Shown: positions 42,166 through 57,587 of the stretch, piece after piece | Position numbering within the stretch: position 1 is the stretch's first letter | Layout: the number at the start of each line of letters is the position of its first letter | DNA from: Parasitella parasitica NRRL 2501 | Lineage: Eukaryota; Fungi; Mucoromycota | Assembly (NCBI GenBank): GCA_025201805.1 | Contig: MU619282.1 | Location: forward strand, 1-64,000 | Direction: 5' to 3' | Length of the DNA: 64,000 nt | The notes under the pieces: generated by a model | Seen by the model: only the letters and a program-made list of their open reading frames with translations | What the model was told of the DNA's origin: nothing | Database searches by the model: none | Translations under genes and position numbers: made by a program

Positions 42166-44422
42166 AATGATTGAAAGAATAATCAATGGTGTATTTAAAC
42201 GAAAGGAAGATGATGAAGTACAATCATACGCTCATGTTGAGTATTATATATCCCATTTTGACATTTATTGCATTCCCCATTACTGTATAAAACATCCCTT
42301 TATTATAAACAACTCCTTGTGTTTATTACCATACTAACGCCAAACTCACATAGTGATATATCTAGTATATTCATACACAAACACTGATTTCAAAGTGTTT
42401 TAAGATCATGGCTTCTTATCCCGTTCTCGCTCTGAAATAAAAAATAAGATAATATTGCTTACATAGCAGCAAAAAAAAAATTGTGCACAGAATCAAGATC
42501 ACTATACATCTATTAGCTTGAAATGGACCCCTATAATAAGCACTTGTATTTTACTATTTTAGCCTTTCAAGATAATAGGGGCTCGACATCAATTCTGTCA
42601 TGGCAAACAGTACCTATCCCAGGCAGAATTCAAGTAAATGTTTAGTTATCAGCGAGTTCTCGGCATTTTTCATTGAAACACTATTGCTTACCACACACAC
42701 TAAAAACAAAAACTATGAGAGTCTTTACCTAGCTCAACACATTAAGAAGACTATGGCAAATTAAGGCTTTTACCATCCGCTTTACTCAATAGCGATAGTG
42801 ATAAACAAAGGTTAATATTCCCCTTTCATCATGCCCCTTTAAATTTAATAGAGTTATTAACCTCCTTTCTCTAAATTTTGCACCAATTCTTGTATTAAAA
42901 TGTGAATGAAAAACTTTCGCATGAAAAGAGATTCATTGATCAAAAGTACGCGCAGATCAATGAGCGCGTATCTTTCCATCGATTTGAGAAACCCGAGAGA
43001 AAAGACCAGAAAATGTGATGCCATCTGTCAAGAGTCTAAATATCTCATAGGAAATCATTGTCATCTGGAAAGAATGCGATGATGACGAGGTAGTTATATT
43101 AGTATAGACGTATATCTACAATATATACTAGAGCAATTTATACATTTTAATCAGGACAGGCGGTATGACGCCTATCAGAACGGAGAAATCTTGCCCAATT
43201 TTTAAATCAATATTACAAACAGGAAAGATTCTATGCTCCCTTGATAAAACCAAAAAAAGATAATCGTTCATGAAAATAAAAAATATTAACATTGCTAGAT
43301 GTGCTCTTGATTCAAATACAAAATGGTGGCAGGTACATTCCAAATGCATAACAAGCTTGCAGTTAAGTAATAGAACAAACAGACTGCCCCGCAGAAAACT
43401 AGGTTTCGGCGCTGCACTGAAGCAATTTACTAATAAATTCAATACAAAACTGAACCCTCCATTTGAAAAATGAACTGTAACTCGAATTAATCATATATAA
43501 CAATTAAGCAAAACTGCAACAGCCGTTAATAACGATTCAATGTACCAGGCGAAGCGCAGCAGACAAGCAATTGAAATTGGGCGATCACGCAAACTATTTT
43601 GCCGAAAAGAATTGTTTGTCGGTAGACTAAGAGAATTTGGCAGATAAGGACAGTGAAGATGGTGCTCAAGGTATTACAGGCAGAGTTGAACATCGAGAGA
43701 TCCACAAACATTAAACTGTATGTTATATCCAGTCAAAGGCTAGCCAGGTATCTTCACATTGACCCCTCTCCCCCAACTATAATGGACATGTTTGTCGATA
43801 CGTCGCAATGACAAGATAGCTTTATGTTTGACAAAATGCCCACAACTGAAGGAATTGAAAAAACAAATGCAGAGCACAGCAAATAATAAATGAGAATCCA
43901 TCAAACATTTTTTGTAGCTTTGTAGTTTGCAGTTTATGTAAAGCTTGTGTTGATTGCGAGATATCTTTGAACAAGCAATGCTAGCAAAAAGACCTAAACA
44001 CAAGAGCCACAGATAAATCAGAATGTCTTTCCTGAATTTATCAACTCCATGTTTGAGTAATGTGCAATGAAGTCATTCAATTTTAAACACGGATGCTTAC
44101 TAACATTTACATGTTTATATGACTGGTCTCCTCATACAGGGACAAATTCTGCCTGTTTATGAATTAGTCTTGATGATATATTATTGTAAAAAAATAATAA
44201 TTAAACAGCTTTTTACTTTGAGAACAGTAAAAATAGGTATTTTAAAAAGCTATATGAAGGTACAGTGATAATGCAAGATTGCATCAATTAGCTTGCCCCG
44301 CCACGCAGATTGCTTCTTGGTTAACTAGACTGCTTCGTGACCCTTTTTCTCGAAGATTAGAGTAACACCTTCTTTCGAAAAAATGTTTTTTGACATTTTA
44401 TAACATTCGCTGAATATTTATT

Positions 44423-45517
44423 ATGGGAGAACCTGTAACACGCCCCTCAGAATTAAAGAACAAACACAAGAGAGAAAATCTCTTCCAAAAACAAAAACTC
44501 GAAAAGCAGAAGGCTAAATCAGCCAAAAGAAAGCAGCTTGCCAAAACAGAAGAAAAGAATCCTGAATTAAAAAAGGTAATAAAGAAGTTTGTGAAGAGAT
44601 TTCATGTATATAACATGTATATCTATTACAGAAACGATTAGAAGAAAATGTTCCCAAAACATTAGATAATACCAGAGAAGCCGATGAGACCATGGTAGAT
44701 CAAGATGACGAGGTAGCCCAAGATGAAGCCATGGACGAATTAGCCAGTTACTTCTGTGGAAAAACACCCAAAGTGCTTGTTACATCTAGCAAAAACCCTT
44801 CGCCCAATTGCTATGACTTTTGCGCAGAGTTAGTTTCCATGTTTCCCGAATCACAGTTTGCTAAGCGTGGTCCTAAGCATGAATTGAGACAAGTGATAAA
44901 GATTGCAAATGAAAAGGAATTCACTGATCTGATTATTGTAAATGAGGATCGCAAAGTACCTAGTAAGTACACTTTGCTGTAATAACAGATATGTATGAGA
45001 ATTTTTAATATTTATCTTCTCTCATTCAGATGCAATTACATTAATACATTTGCCTGAGGGCCCATCTGCCTATTTCAAGCTTACAAGTTTCACTCCTGCC
45101 AAAGCCATTTCGGTAAGCATTATTTTCGTTCACTCACTTGATTCCACATTTATTCAACTTGCTTCATGTAATTAGGGCCATGGTCGTGTTACTGCTCACA
45201 ATCCTGAACTAATTCTAAATAACTTCAATACCAGATTAGGCCATACAATCGGCCGTATGTTTCAAGCTCTTTTGCCTCAAGTGCCTGAATTTCAAGGCAG
45301 ACAAGTTATTACATTTCACAATCAACGTGATTTCATTTTTGTTCGTCGCCATCGTTATGTTTTCAGAGATACAGAAAAGGTTGGGTTGCAAGAGTTAGGT
45401 CCAAAATTCACATTGAAGCTACGTTGGTTACAAAAAGGCGTGTATAAACGAGATGGCGAGTATGAATGGGTATTCAAACCTGAAATGGAAACTAGTCGAA
45501 AGAGGTTCTTCTTGTAA
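44423..45517 (+). CDS. RPF1: Brix-domain ribosome biogenesis factor Rpf1
   Basis: [79 protein letters not shown] and RKRFFL stop. Confidence 0.93.
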
Positions 45518-45652
45518 ATAATATACAATCTATACATACAACGTCTTATTCCAATCATACAAACACATATGCACACACACATACACACACACACACCTCG
45601 CTCGCCCTTGTATTTTCAATAAAACTTGGTTTTTTTTTTGCTTCTGATAAGT

Positions 45653-46513
45653 TTATTGTACGGCAAAATAGAGATCAAGATCATGCCTTTTTGGAGTCAT
45701 TTCTGAGCAGTAACAAATATCGTTGATACTTATGAGCTATATAAACTACGTATATCTATGTCATGCATTTGAAATTATTAACTCGTTAATTAATCGATAA
45801 AAAAATACGCTACGTACTTTTCGAACAATAGCTGAACCATGAACCAGCAGCAGGAAAATACCCGTCGCAATATATACTAAACGCGTTTGTTCTTTGGTAA
45901 TCCCTTGTTGCTCCATGAGTTCAGGCATCCGATACTTGAAGAAAGTTACCACAAAGCCTTTTCTGAGTATATGGATTACTAGATCAATGGGTTCTTTTAT
46001 AGCCCTAAAGAGCGCCAAAAATTTGTATACTTTTGCCAATTTGTATGAATTCTTGATTCTAGAGTTTGAGTTCACCGACAATAACTTATACAGATAACGT
46101 TAAACACATGACTTACCATAAAGCTAGCGATTATACCCATCAAATAGGTTACAATTGCAGTATATTCAGAGATAGTAAACGGTGAATACCCATGTATGAC
46201 CTTGAGCTGAGGAAAATCTGAATTTATTGCATAAACTACACAATAAAGTTCAGTGGTTTGTTAATATATGGATGGCTTATGTGGCTTTACCATGCCTATC
46301 TTCATATCCTAGAATATAATAAATATAGTTGATGTTTATGTACAAATGCCAACCGACTATCCATATCTGCCACGAGTAAAGAACCATTAATGTAGGTCGT
46401 TAATAGACAACAACAAGTAAGAGAAGAAGGTTATGCTCATTTACCAACGAAACAAATCCAAATATGAAAACAACAGCCCTCAAAGGAAGGCAGCAATAAA
46501 AACTATTATTCAT
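45653..46513 (-). CDS. Hypothetical multi-pass membrane protein, multi-exon (3' end uncertain)
   Basis: Spliceable exons MNNSFYCCLPLRAVVFIFGFVSL | IWIVGWHLYININYIYYILGYEDRH | ... | NSYKLAKVYKFLALF...LVYIATGIFLLLVHGS with GT-AG boundaries. Confidence 0.6.
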
Positions 46514-47457
46514 TATTACAACAGCCAAAAAGGGTCAAAGCTAAAACTAAGCATTTTGAGCTGTTTATAATGACTTCAAATTTTTGCGTTGGTGCTACAT
46601 TTGTGCAAGAGTGATTGATATTATTTTATAAGTTATAAATATCAATGAAAATATTGATACAAATGGTCTTATTTGATAGTACTGAGTTATCACCGTGTAT
46701 TTCAGATTTGACCGTGCTTCTATGGTTCTTTTGGCATAATTTGTCAGAAGCAAATGTTTGAAACTATGAAAATCAAACTTGTTTTTGTAAAATAATTGAA
46801 AAAAATGAAAGCTTTTAATGTCATTTACTCTATCTATCTTTGCTGAAATATACTCCATAATCTGGTATTTGAATCATAAGAGACGAATTCATACTGACAT
46901 GACAGTTCTATCAATAACAAGCTATAGGGGCTTGTAACCAGATCAAAAGGCTAAAGCCGGTGTGCGTGCGTAAAACACGGATTTACACTGCATGCTCTAT
47001 ATAGTAAACCTTAATTACAGTCGAACATTATGACATTAGCACACAACGATGGTTTATATAAATACAACTTTTGGATGTATTTCTAATAAAAGTGTAACTC
47101 TTTGGCAGATTCATTTTACTGACTTACTTTGACAAAGCAGTCGTTTAGCACAAAATTAAGGTACTAATTAATCAGAATTGTCCGTACACGTTAAATTGCG
47201 AGAATAGAACATTTATCTATAGCTCAAGTATATAAAGGTTCATCTACCTAGCCAGTAGATGAACTAATGTTTTAACACCTGTTGATTTGATAATAGAACC
47301 TATACCTTTATCAAGTTGAAATTTATTCTTTTTTTATTTGATTTTTTTCCTTGAATCTATATACATCTTATACCGATTCCACAATTCTGGTACTCAAATC
47401 TATGTTACTACAGGAATAACCTTTTTGATTTGAAACAGAGACTTTATTCAAGCGTAT

Positions 47458-47571
47458 TGTTGTACCAGTGTCAAAGGGCGCAGCATAATTTAATGTAAAT
47501 ATGATTTGTATAAAGTAATAAAGACTTTTCTGAATAAAAGCAGATACAAAACTGAAGACTTTTTATTGACA
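47458..47571 (-). repeat. 3' fragment of an LTR related to 860-1338
   Basis: Reverse complement TGTCAAT...TTTTGTATCTG...AAGTCTTTATTAC...TGCTG...CTGGTACAACA matches 1223-1338. Confidence 0.7.
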
Positions 47572-48429
47572 TAAAATATGATCTCTATTTATACTAAAAT
47601 ATATCCCAATCGATGTTTATCCACATAACATCTGATGTTGGACAAGAAGTGTCAACCCTTATTAAATTACAACATTTCCAGGACAAACCTATTCTTCTAT
47701 GTTGCATTAAAGAGAAGACTGGGTGGGATGTCTTCTCGACATCCCGCGATCTGATCTTTATGTAATCTTTGAATAAAACTAGAGACTTGCAAGAGGTTCA
47801 ATTCTAACTTGTAGCTTACTCCTTATTTGTAAAAGAATTACCAACAATTAATCATGATCTGTACAATGTAATTATGTTAGATATGACATATGTAGCCTTT
47901 ATATGGGATTAACAAATTGGTGAACAGGAGTGCAGCGAAACGCAGCAAAAAAGAATGAAAAAAGCAAAATACGATTAAAATTCCTCTTTGAAAGTAGATT
48001 GAGTCTGCAATAAGCTGTTATTTGATATCTCCATATATATTATTTAGGTGTCATCTTGCTAGCAGACAATTGTATCGTTAATTTTAGCGGCTCCGTTATT
48101 CTTTAGCTTGTGTTATAATTTCTAATCGGCCGTTCTGGCTTAGTAGTATACCATCATACTACTTGTGATGATTAGGGATGGCCATTCATCAGGACAATAG
48201 AGGAATTTTATCGAAGCTATCCTAATCTTACGTAAGTCTGAATATTATTGAGTTGTTTATTAACGCTAATGATCTAACAACGGATAAAAGACGGCATTTT
48301 TAGCATCATTTTATTCAATCGTCGATGTGAACTTCAGAATGGGCGATGTAACCAGTAAGGTCCTTCTATGTATGGGTACAGTCATGAGCATTTACAACTT
48401 TTTCTTTTTTTTTCAATTCAATATGAGTA

Positions 48430-48672
48430 CTCACGATGCCAAAATCAGTAAAAGAGGAATAGCTTACTGAGAGCTGAGCTGATACTATAGACGAACTGGG
48501 TGAAGTCAACATGTTGAGGCCTCTTATTGAAGTACTCAACAAAATCGAAGATGAAGGACTTCCACCCCACAATTTGAAATTTTCCTGTTACAGTGCCCAC
48601 TCGATTTAAGGCTAAATTAAAGGCCACAGCGAAGCAGCTGAATCATAGCTGAAGGTTAAAATTTACCGTAGC
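48430..48672 (+). pseudogene. Helitron Pif1-helicase fragment and 3' sequence
   Basis: ADTIDELGEVNMLRPLIEVLNKIEDEGLPPHNLK resembles EMLNTIENGSLPPHILDLK at 33.8 kb; GAAGG.TAAA(A)TTTACCGTAGC is shared with 34360-34380. Confidence 0.6.
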
Positions 48673-51034
48673 CCAGTAAGGGTCAAAACTTTATTGAAAC
48701 AGGCTTGTTTTGGATTCAAGTTTGTTATTTATTTGATTGAACTTACTTTTTGTAAAGATGCAGTTGTAGACTTCAACCTGTTCACAAGACAAAAGGGTGG
48801 TGTTAGGTGTTTTAGCAAAACAAGACAAGACAAATAAACATAGATATCAAATGATAACTATAAAAGGGTTTTTGCTTATTTATCTAAACTTGATGTAATG
48901 AATAAGTATATTCTATAACTACGAGAAATGACAAGATATAATATTAGAGTTAAGCTAATAGATGTCAATTATGCCTATAATTTAAGGAAGAGCAACTATG
49001 ACCGTTAAGAGTAAGGATTAAGGAGGTAAGTACGATACCACGAGGGAAAACTACAAACGGGTCATGACATTTTTGACACCCTATTAATGATTAACAACAA
49101 GATCTAGCAACAAAAATGAACAATTAGATGAATCTAAAACCAGAACTTCAAGATCTATACAATTTATCCCAGTTACACAATTTGTATGAACTGTGCTACC
49201 AGATCCAGTCAAGCAACTAGTCTTTCTCCATTGAGGAAGAAACAGGTCTAATGGCTTTGTTTGCAGCGAGCAATCAACTACAAACCGCTAGTCGTTGACC
49301 AGACTAACCGGAAGAGCAACAGTGTGTGGCCTTTCAGTGCAGAAGCTGCCCATTGTGATCAAGTAAGTTTTCTTTTCATCAACGAGTTTAGTGAAGTAAA
49401 CTATCCAGAATTAACGTGTCTGAAGTGCTACAGAAATCGGATAGTAGAGCTACTCGATACGAAATAAATTAGAGCCATTAGATGCTGTGTCTTTAATCGA
49501 AATTGGAATAATTGTGAATCTGGCGCACCGCAAATTGGTACCGGAAGCACTGTGTTCAACGTTTTTTCAGAAGTAAATATTTACTGTTTCAGCATAAACA
49601 GCGGCGGATTTTTTTTTTCAGTTTCTATATCAAAATCGGTAACGTCAATTACAATACCTTCCATGGAGCACAGATTTATTTTTTTATTCCATCCTGGCCA
49701 CACCTCTATCACAACTAAAAAAAAGGGAATGTGGGATGAAAAAAGCGCAGGAACTAGACTATGTAAACATGGTTCCAGCATGAATTAAGGCAACAAATAA
49801 ATACTAAACTCTAATCACTAGTGTTTTAAAAGCAAGTTTAAAACACGTACATTTACTACCAATTGATTTTAGTTGTACATGAACATATTTAACCCTATAC
49901 TTTTTATTTTGTTTATATATAAGAGTCGTCCATGAAACATTGTACGGCGTCTGTTATCTACAACAGAACACTTTATGTTACTCACTGACCTCTTCCAAGT
50001 TTAATGAACACCATGCAAACAAATAAAACAAAGCAAAGTAACGCAAAACAAAACAAATAAATACATTAATTTCAAGTATGACAACGTCAGCTTCTAATGT
50101 AAGCATGAATCGGAAACAGCTTTCTATTTGATATCGAAAATTCATTGTACTTGCAAAGTATGTCGAGTTAATTAACGTGTCTACTTTATATATATTTCCA
50201 TACGTTTTGGCCCTTTAATCATCTTGACGTTCCATAGTTCGATTTTTTTCCCAGTTGCAAAGATAAAAGGCATGCATAAAAGAGAGATAAGGTGTGTTTA
50301 TACACACATTTAGGGCATTCATTCAGGACATGCTGGCTTTCAAAGCAGAGTCCAATGTTACAAATGGCAAACCATAAAGGAGGTTTGATGATGTGGCCGA
50401 ACTTGCCTATTTTTAGCAGCAGAAAAGTTATAATATAAAAATTGAACATGATAAATTCTAAATTTTAGTTTGGGTATTCCATGGTGAACCTTACATGTTG
50501 TATCTCATTTTTGCCATGGGGGAAATTATGTACAATTACATGTTTGTTGGGACAGATATAGAGAAATCCCCCATGCGACTTGTAAATCCCAACAAATTCA
50601 CCAAGCTAATCAACAAACAGTCTTCAAGATGCTGACCCCTTTTTCCTTCTTCTCAACATCTTGAAAGCCTGGGTGCATTACAAATCGCAATGTATTTAAC
50701 GGGTTTTCTATATGATAATCCTGAAAATATAATATATGGTTCTAAAATAGATATCGAGTAACCAAAATGTGGATTGGCTGGTTATTTTTGGACAGTAGCA
50801 TCGGAAACAATATATATTTTTGCTCTGTTGCTCCAGAAAACTAAACGAGGAGATGCGTTCAAGGGCGGTGGCCGCGGGATAAGAAGTTTGCCAACGGCTA
50901 CTCAGAATCCGCGGATGGAGACCAAGTGCTTGTTGGGTCGGATTTCATATAAAAAGACCTATTTGTGAATCAATTCTGATCTCTTTTTCTTCTTCTCCTC
51001 TTTTCTAGTTTATCTATCTAACAAGTAAAAAAAA

Positions 51035-53329
<2,295 letters not shown>

Positions 53330-53959
53330 ATCATGGTTGTCACATACTCAAAATTACCTTCATCACAAACAAAAATAATCATTTTTTTTTTTTTCTTTTG
53401 TAACTTCATTTCAAAGAATTTGTTCATTTTTCGCTCAACCCACCATATACACCAAAACAATCTTTATTATTATCTGATAAACAATAAAGTATCAATATTA
53501 AAGGATTTCGCCATTGACGTCTTGTAAGACAAGAAGTGTTAACGAATCTTGTCACCATGAATGAACATAATACAATGCATGATTTAGCATATGGAAAATT
53601 CATCATGTTACTTAGTTGATTTCCAGAAGGAGGATCACCACCTTTAAAAATTATTCACACACAAAAATAAGCATAATGTGCACAACCAATAAAGTTTCCA
53701 GATTTAAGAAAAAAAGTATTTGTAGTAGAGTAGTAGAGTACTGACGGCGATAACTGGCAGAAAATAGTTACTGTTGTCATCAAGCTATTTGGTATTTTAA
53801 GTGGACACCAGTGTTTTTGTAGACAGATTTCAAAATTTTGATCGTGTTTAAACAGGCTGCTGAAGATTTGGTGAGCTGTCCCAGCCGTCAAGCCATACTT
53901 CATACGGCATTCTGAAAACTGCCATAAGCATGTAGACTAAATTTTATAGAACAGTGCAT

Positions 53960-54107
53960 ATGTTTTTTTTTATTGAACCATGACATGTAGCGTGGTATGA
54001 TTGCGTCTTCTGTAGAGCCGAGGATTGCGAACTGTCTGAAATGTTTTTCGAGACCCATCCAGGCACTGGGGACAAGTTTTGCTTGTTTTGAACTTGTCAA
54101 TCAAGAA
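53960..54107 (-). pseudogene. Fanzor/TnpB-like C-terminal remnant
   Basis: FLIDKFKTSKTCPQC...TFQTVRNPRLYRR, then CHG after a frameshift. This resembles the RuvC-II (E) plus zinc-ribbon segment 'IDE.kTS..CP.C...NPRP.RR...CHGLL' as I recall it from Mucorales Fanzors. Confidence 0.6.
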
Positions 54108-54409
54108 GATCAAACTATGGATTGTCGAATTCAAGCAAGGTAGTATCATTGACAGGATGAACAAACCAGTAATCAGCATTGCTGAGAGAAGCCATTGCAT
54201 GCAAGTGGCCACAGTAGATATGATTTTAAAATAAGCTTCTTTGCGTATTATGTATCCTGATTTGAGGTCATTTGAATAGCCTTTATCAAACCATCTCAAA
54301 TCGGAGTTATGGTTGCTGATTGATTGCAACAAAGTGTATAAAATGCCCATGTGCCTTGACTTTTCCTGTGTCCTCGTCCTTCTCTTCTTTTTCTTTTTCG
54401 TTTAGATAA

Positions 54410-57400
54410 ATGACCAAGCCTTCATCAGATTCATCTAATCAAAACAAAGCTCCTGATCCCATCACCAAATCGACTGGAAGTCTATCAAAGAGTTCAGTAA
54501 CTTCGTCGACTGCTTCTTTATCACCTTCTACCTCCATACTGTTCTCCGCAGCTACTAACCGTTCCTCTGCTCCCACCAGCAGCAGCAATAGGAATAGCAG
54601 TTACAGACAGGGACAATCATCTAACCCTCCAATTTCGTCGTCATCGTCTATATCCACTAGCAGTGCCACCAGAAATGCCAAATTAGAGTCCATTATCCAG
54701 GTACCGTAAAATGATGCGCTATTATTGGTATTTTTATGTCCTCATGTCTGCATGAAAAAATTAGAATCTTTACACCAAAACAGCTCAAACTATCATACAA
54801 GCAAGGGTACCGAGCACAAAAAACACATCAGGAAAGAACAAATTAAATAAATGGGTACATATTGCGCAAGAAATTTTTTTTTTTTTTTTTTTTTTTTACA
54901 TGGTATAAATTCATGCTAATTTTTTCAAAGTTTAACATTACGACAAATGATAACGAGAAATTAAAAGAAGAGCTTAAATTTTGGAAATCACTAATCAAGT
55001 ATCAACAAGATGCCGAAGAGCCACAGCCGCTAGTGATTGACATCTACCTGGAGACAAGCGAGCCTCAATTATTGCAAGAAGGTGACGACAATCGTGGCTG
55101 GCATAGACTGGATTTTGGTATACAGCAGAATGACATTCAGCGAATATTGATCGAATCATGGACATTATCATTAAAGTAACAAAAAAAAAAAAAAAAGGGT
55201 TGGCGGCGGCGATGGTGGTACTAATAGCCCGTTCGAATAATAGTCATCCGCTGCCTGATTATCCAGTTGACTTGCCGAATTTGTATAAAAGATCAATTGT
55301 ATTTTTTAGGTCATTGCATTCGCTGGTGAGAATATTGCCGAGTCATAGCTTATTTGAGCGCTTGAGATTACGAGAGGGCGAAATTTCACTAGGGTATAGG
55401 CTATCTACAACCAGATCAAACCGAAAAGATGAGATTTCACTTGGTATCTATGATGTAAAGTGCGTGATTTTGGTTCTTGAGCTAATAAACCTTTGCAAAC
55501 AGATCATGCTCTCACCAGCAGTGATACAATTCAGCTACATGAATTTAAGGAGCTGTCAACACCCTTGGGGTAAAGTGAGCACTGTATTTCAGTATGACTT
55601 GATTATATTAATTGATATTGACTTAGTATAGTACATTCAAATTAAAACTGTTGTTCCGAGAACATTGTCAGTTCGACACAAAGGAAGAATCTAAGCTGGA
55701 CGGTATAGATGTTGACGAGCATTTTTTTACGCCTACCATGACAAAGTACAGGCTAGAAAACAGCAAAGAAAAAGCTGCACCACCGCCATCTCCAGTGCCT
55801 TTATTTTCAACTGCTGCTAGCACAGCATCTGGAAAGAGCCGATTGAAACCATCTCGAGGTGCAGCGACGGCCACAACTACAGCAAATCGCACCGCTTATT
55901 ATCTCACAAATACAGGGTCTTCCTCCTCAAGTGTGTCCAGTAACAACAACAGTAATGCATCTCAGCTGGAAAGGCGCATATCTGCGCCCTTGGTATCGCC
56001 TTTCAAGTCACCCTCTTTATCGTCATCACCCCAAGCAGAATTGATGTGTAATTAGAATCTTACTCACCTTGGCGCAGATTATTATATCAATACTAACTAC
56101 ATTTTAACTTATAGTTACATCTCATCCTCGCTCAAATACACCAGAAAGATCAAGACCTGGAAGTGGGTCATTTGGCCGCAAACCTGAGTTTTCATCCAGC
56201 TTTGAAAAGTTCTTTGCTAAAGGGAACAACAGTGATAGTAGCAATGCGAGTGCCGGTAGTGGCCATCATCATATACGCAGAATAGGATCTTGCAATAACG
56301 TAAACACAAGAGATATACCAACTGAGAGTTGCATGACAAGGAGATGGTCAAAAACGAGCGATCATAGCTCCATCAATCTGGTTAGTGCATCAATCACAAT
56401 AGAGCACATGCAGATGCACAAGTTTATTTAGAGTTTGATAGGAGTCAGAAGAAGACCAAGAGGATTTAGAGGATTTTATGAGATTCATTACCGCTAGGCA
56501 AGATTTGAAGTTGTTTCAGCAACAAGCATCTCAGTTAACCTTTAATCCCATTGCGGCAAGAAATACGACAATAGATGCGTCGAAATACCAAGAAGATCAT
56601 GAGGACACAATGGTATTGTCTGCAAAGGCATAACATACGTGTTTATAGCTAACATGAGCACTGCATAGAGACCTTTATCTCACTTTAGGAATATACAAGA
56701 AACACATACCATTTTGTCAGCTTCAATGACATTCAATCAGCAACAGGTAAAGCCGCAGCAGCAGCAACAGCAACAGCAGCAGCAGCAGCAACATCATACA
56801 GAAAACTCTTATGACTCAACGTCATCGTCTTCACTTACTAAAGGGTTAAATCTGCCAGTGATCCCGTCTCCACTGCACAGTACGGAACCTGTTATTCACC
56901 CTACTGCAACTGCTTGTAGCGAAACGCCATCAAAGACTTCTCGCAATCACAACGAATCATTATACAACAGATACCCTACAGATATTGTGATTTACTCACC
57001 CTTGAAGAACCGTCAACCGCCACCTCCACCAGCCCAACCCAAAATGCCCACAAATCAACCTCGTCGTACCAGTGGCAGCGGTAGCAGCGGTGGTATACTA
57101 GATGATGATGATTCTCTAGTGTTTAAAATGAGCGAATTAAATGAATACGACGAGAATGCATCGAGCTGTGACCAGTATAGCAGTAGCTTCTATTATGGCA
57201 ATAACCGCGATGACTATCTCCAGAAGTTGAAAGTCGCGGCTGCACTGAACGATGATGAAGATACCAAAATGAGAAGAGCGGCAAGTGCAGGAGACACACC
57301 AAACAGCACTGCTAATGCAGCAGCAATGTTTGACGGTAGCGACAGTAGTTCGAAAAGTGACCCTATTGGATCCACCCGGAATAAATTCAAAGCAATACAG

Positions 57401-57451
57401 CAAGATCAAGGCACCAGAATTACCCGCCGATTATTCTTTGATGAATTATAA
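54410..57451 (+). CDS. ATG13: Autophagy protein Atg13 (HORMA domain plus disordered tail), multi-exon
   Basis: KLESIIQ|NLYTKTAQTIIQAR, NKW|FNI, PLVIDIYL, LIESWTL and LYKRSIVFFRSLHSLVRILP; SPFKSPSLS; polyQ tract. Confidence 0.88.
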
Positions 57452-57587
57452 TTTCAATTTACTCTTAACAAACCCTTAAATAACGCTATGCTATAAATAC
57501 AAACCTATGATTAATATATATGAAAACTGCTCAAATACGGAAGAATAAATAACAATATTTTCTCTCTCTCTCTCCTCTTTCTTCCTC

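Noticed and set aside
42943-42974. Small hairpin TACGCGC...GCGCGTA
   Set aside because: A 7-bp stem with no associated element ends; could arise by chance.
43000-44100. Short ORFs that might be a decayed coding sequence
   Set aside because: No recognisable motif in any frame examined.
50860-50920. GC-rich CCGCGG pair upstream of GFA1 as a glmS-like ribozyme or riboswitch
   Set aside because: No recognisable glmS core; at most transcription-factor sites, which cannot be supported here.
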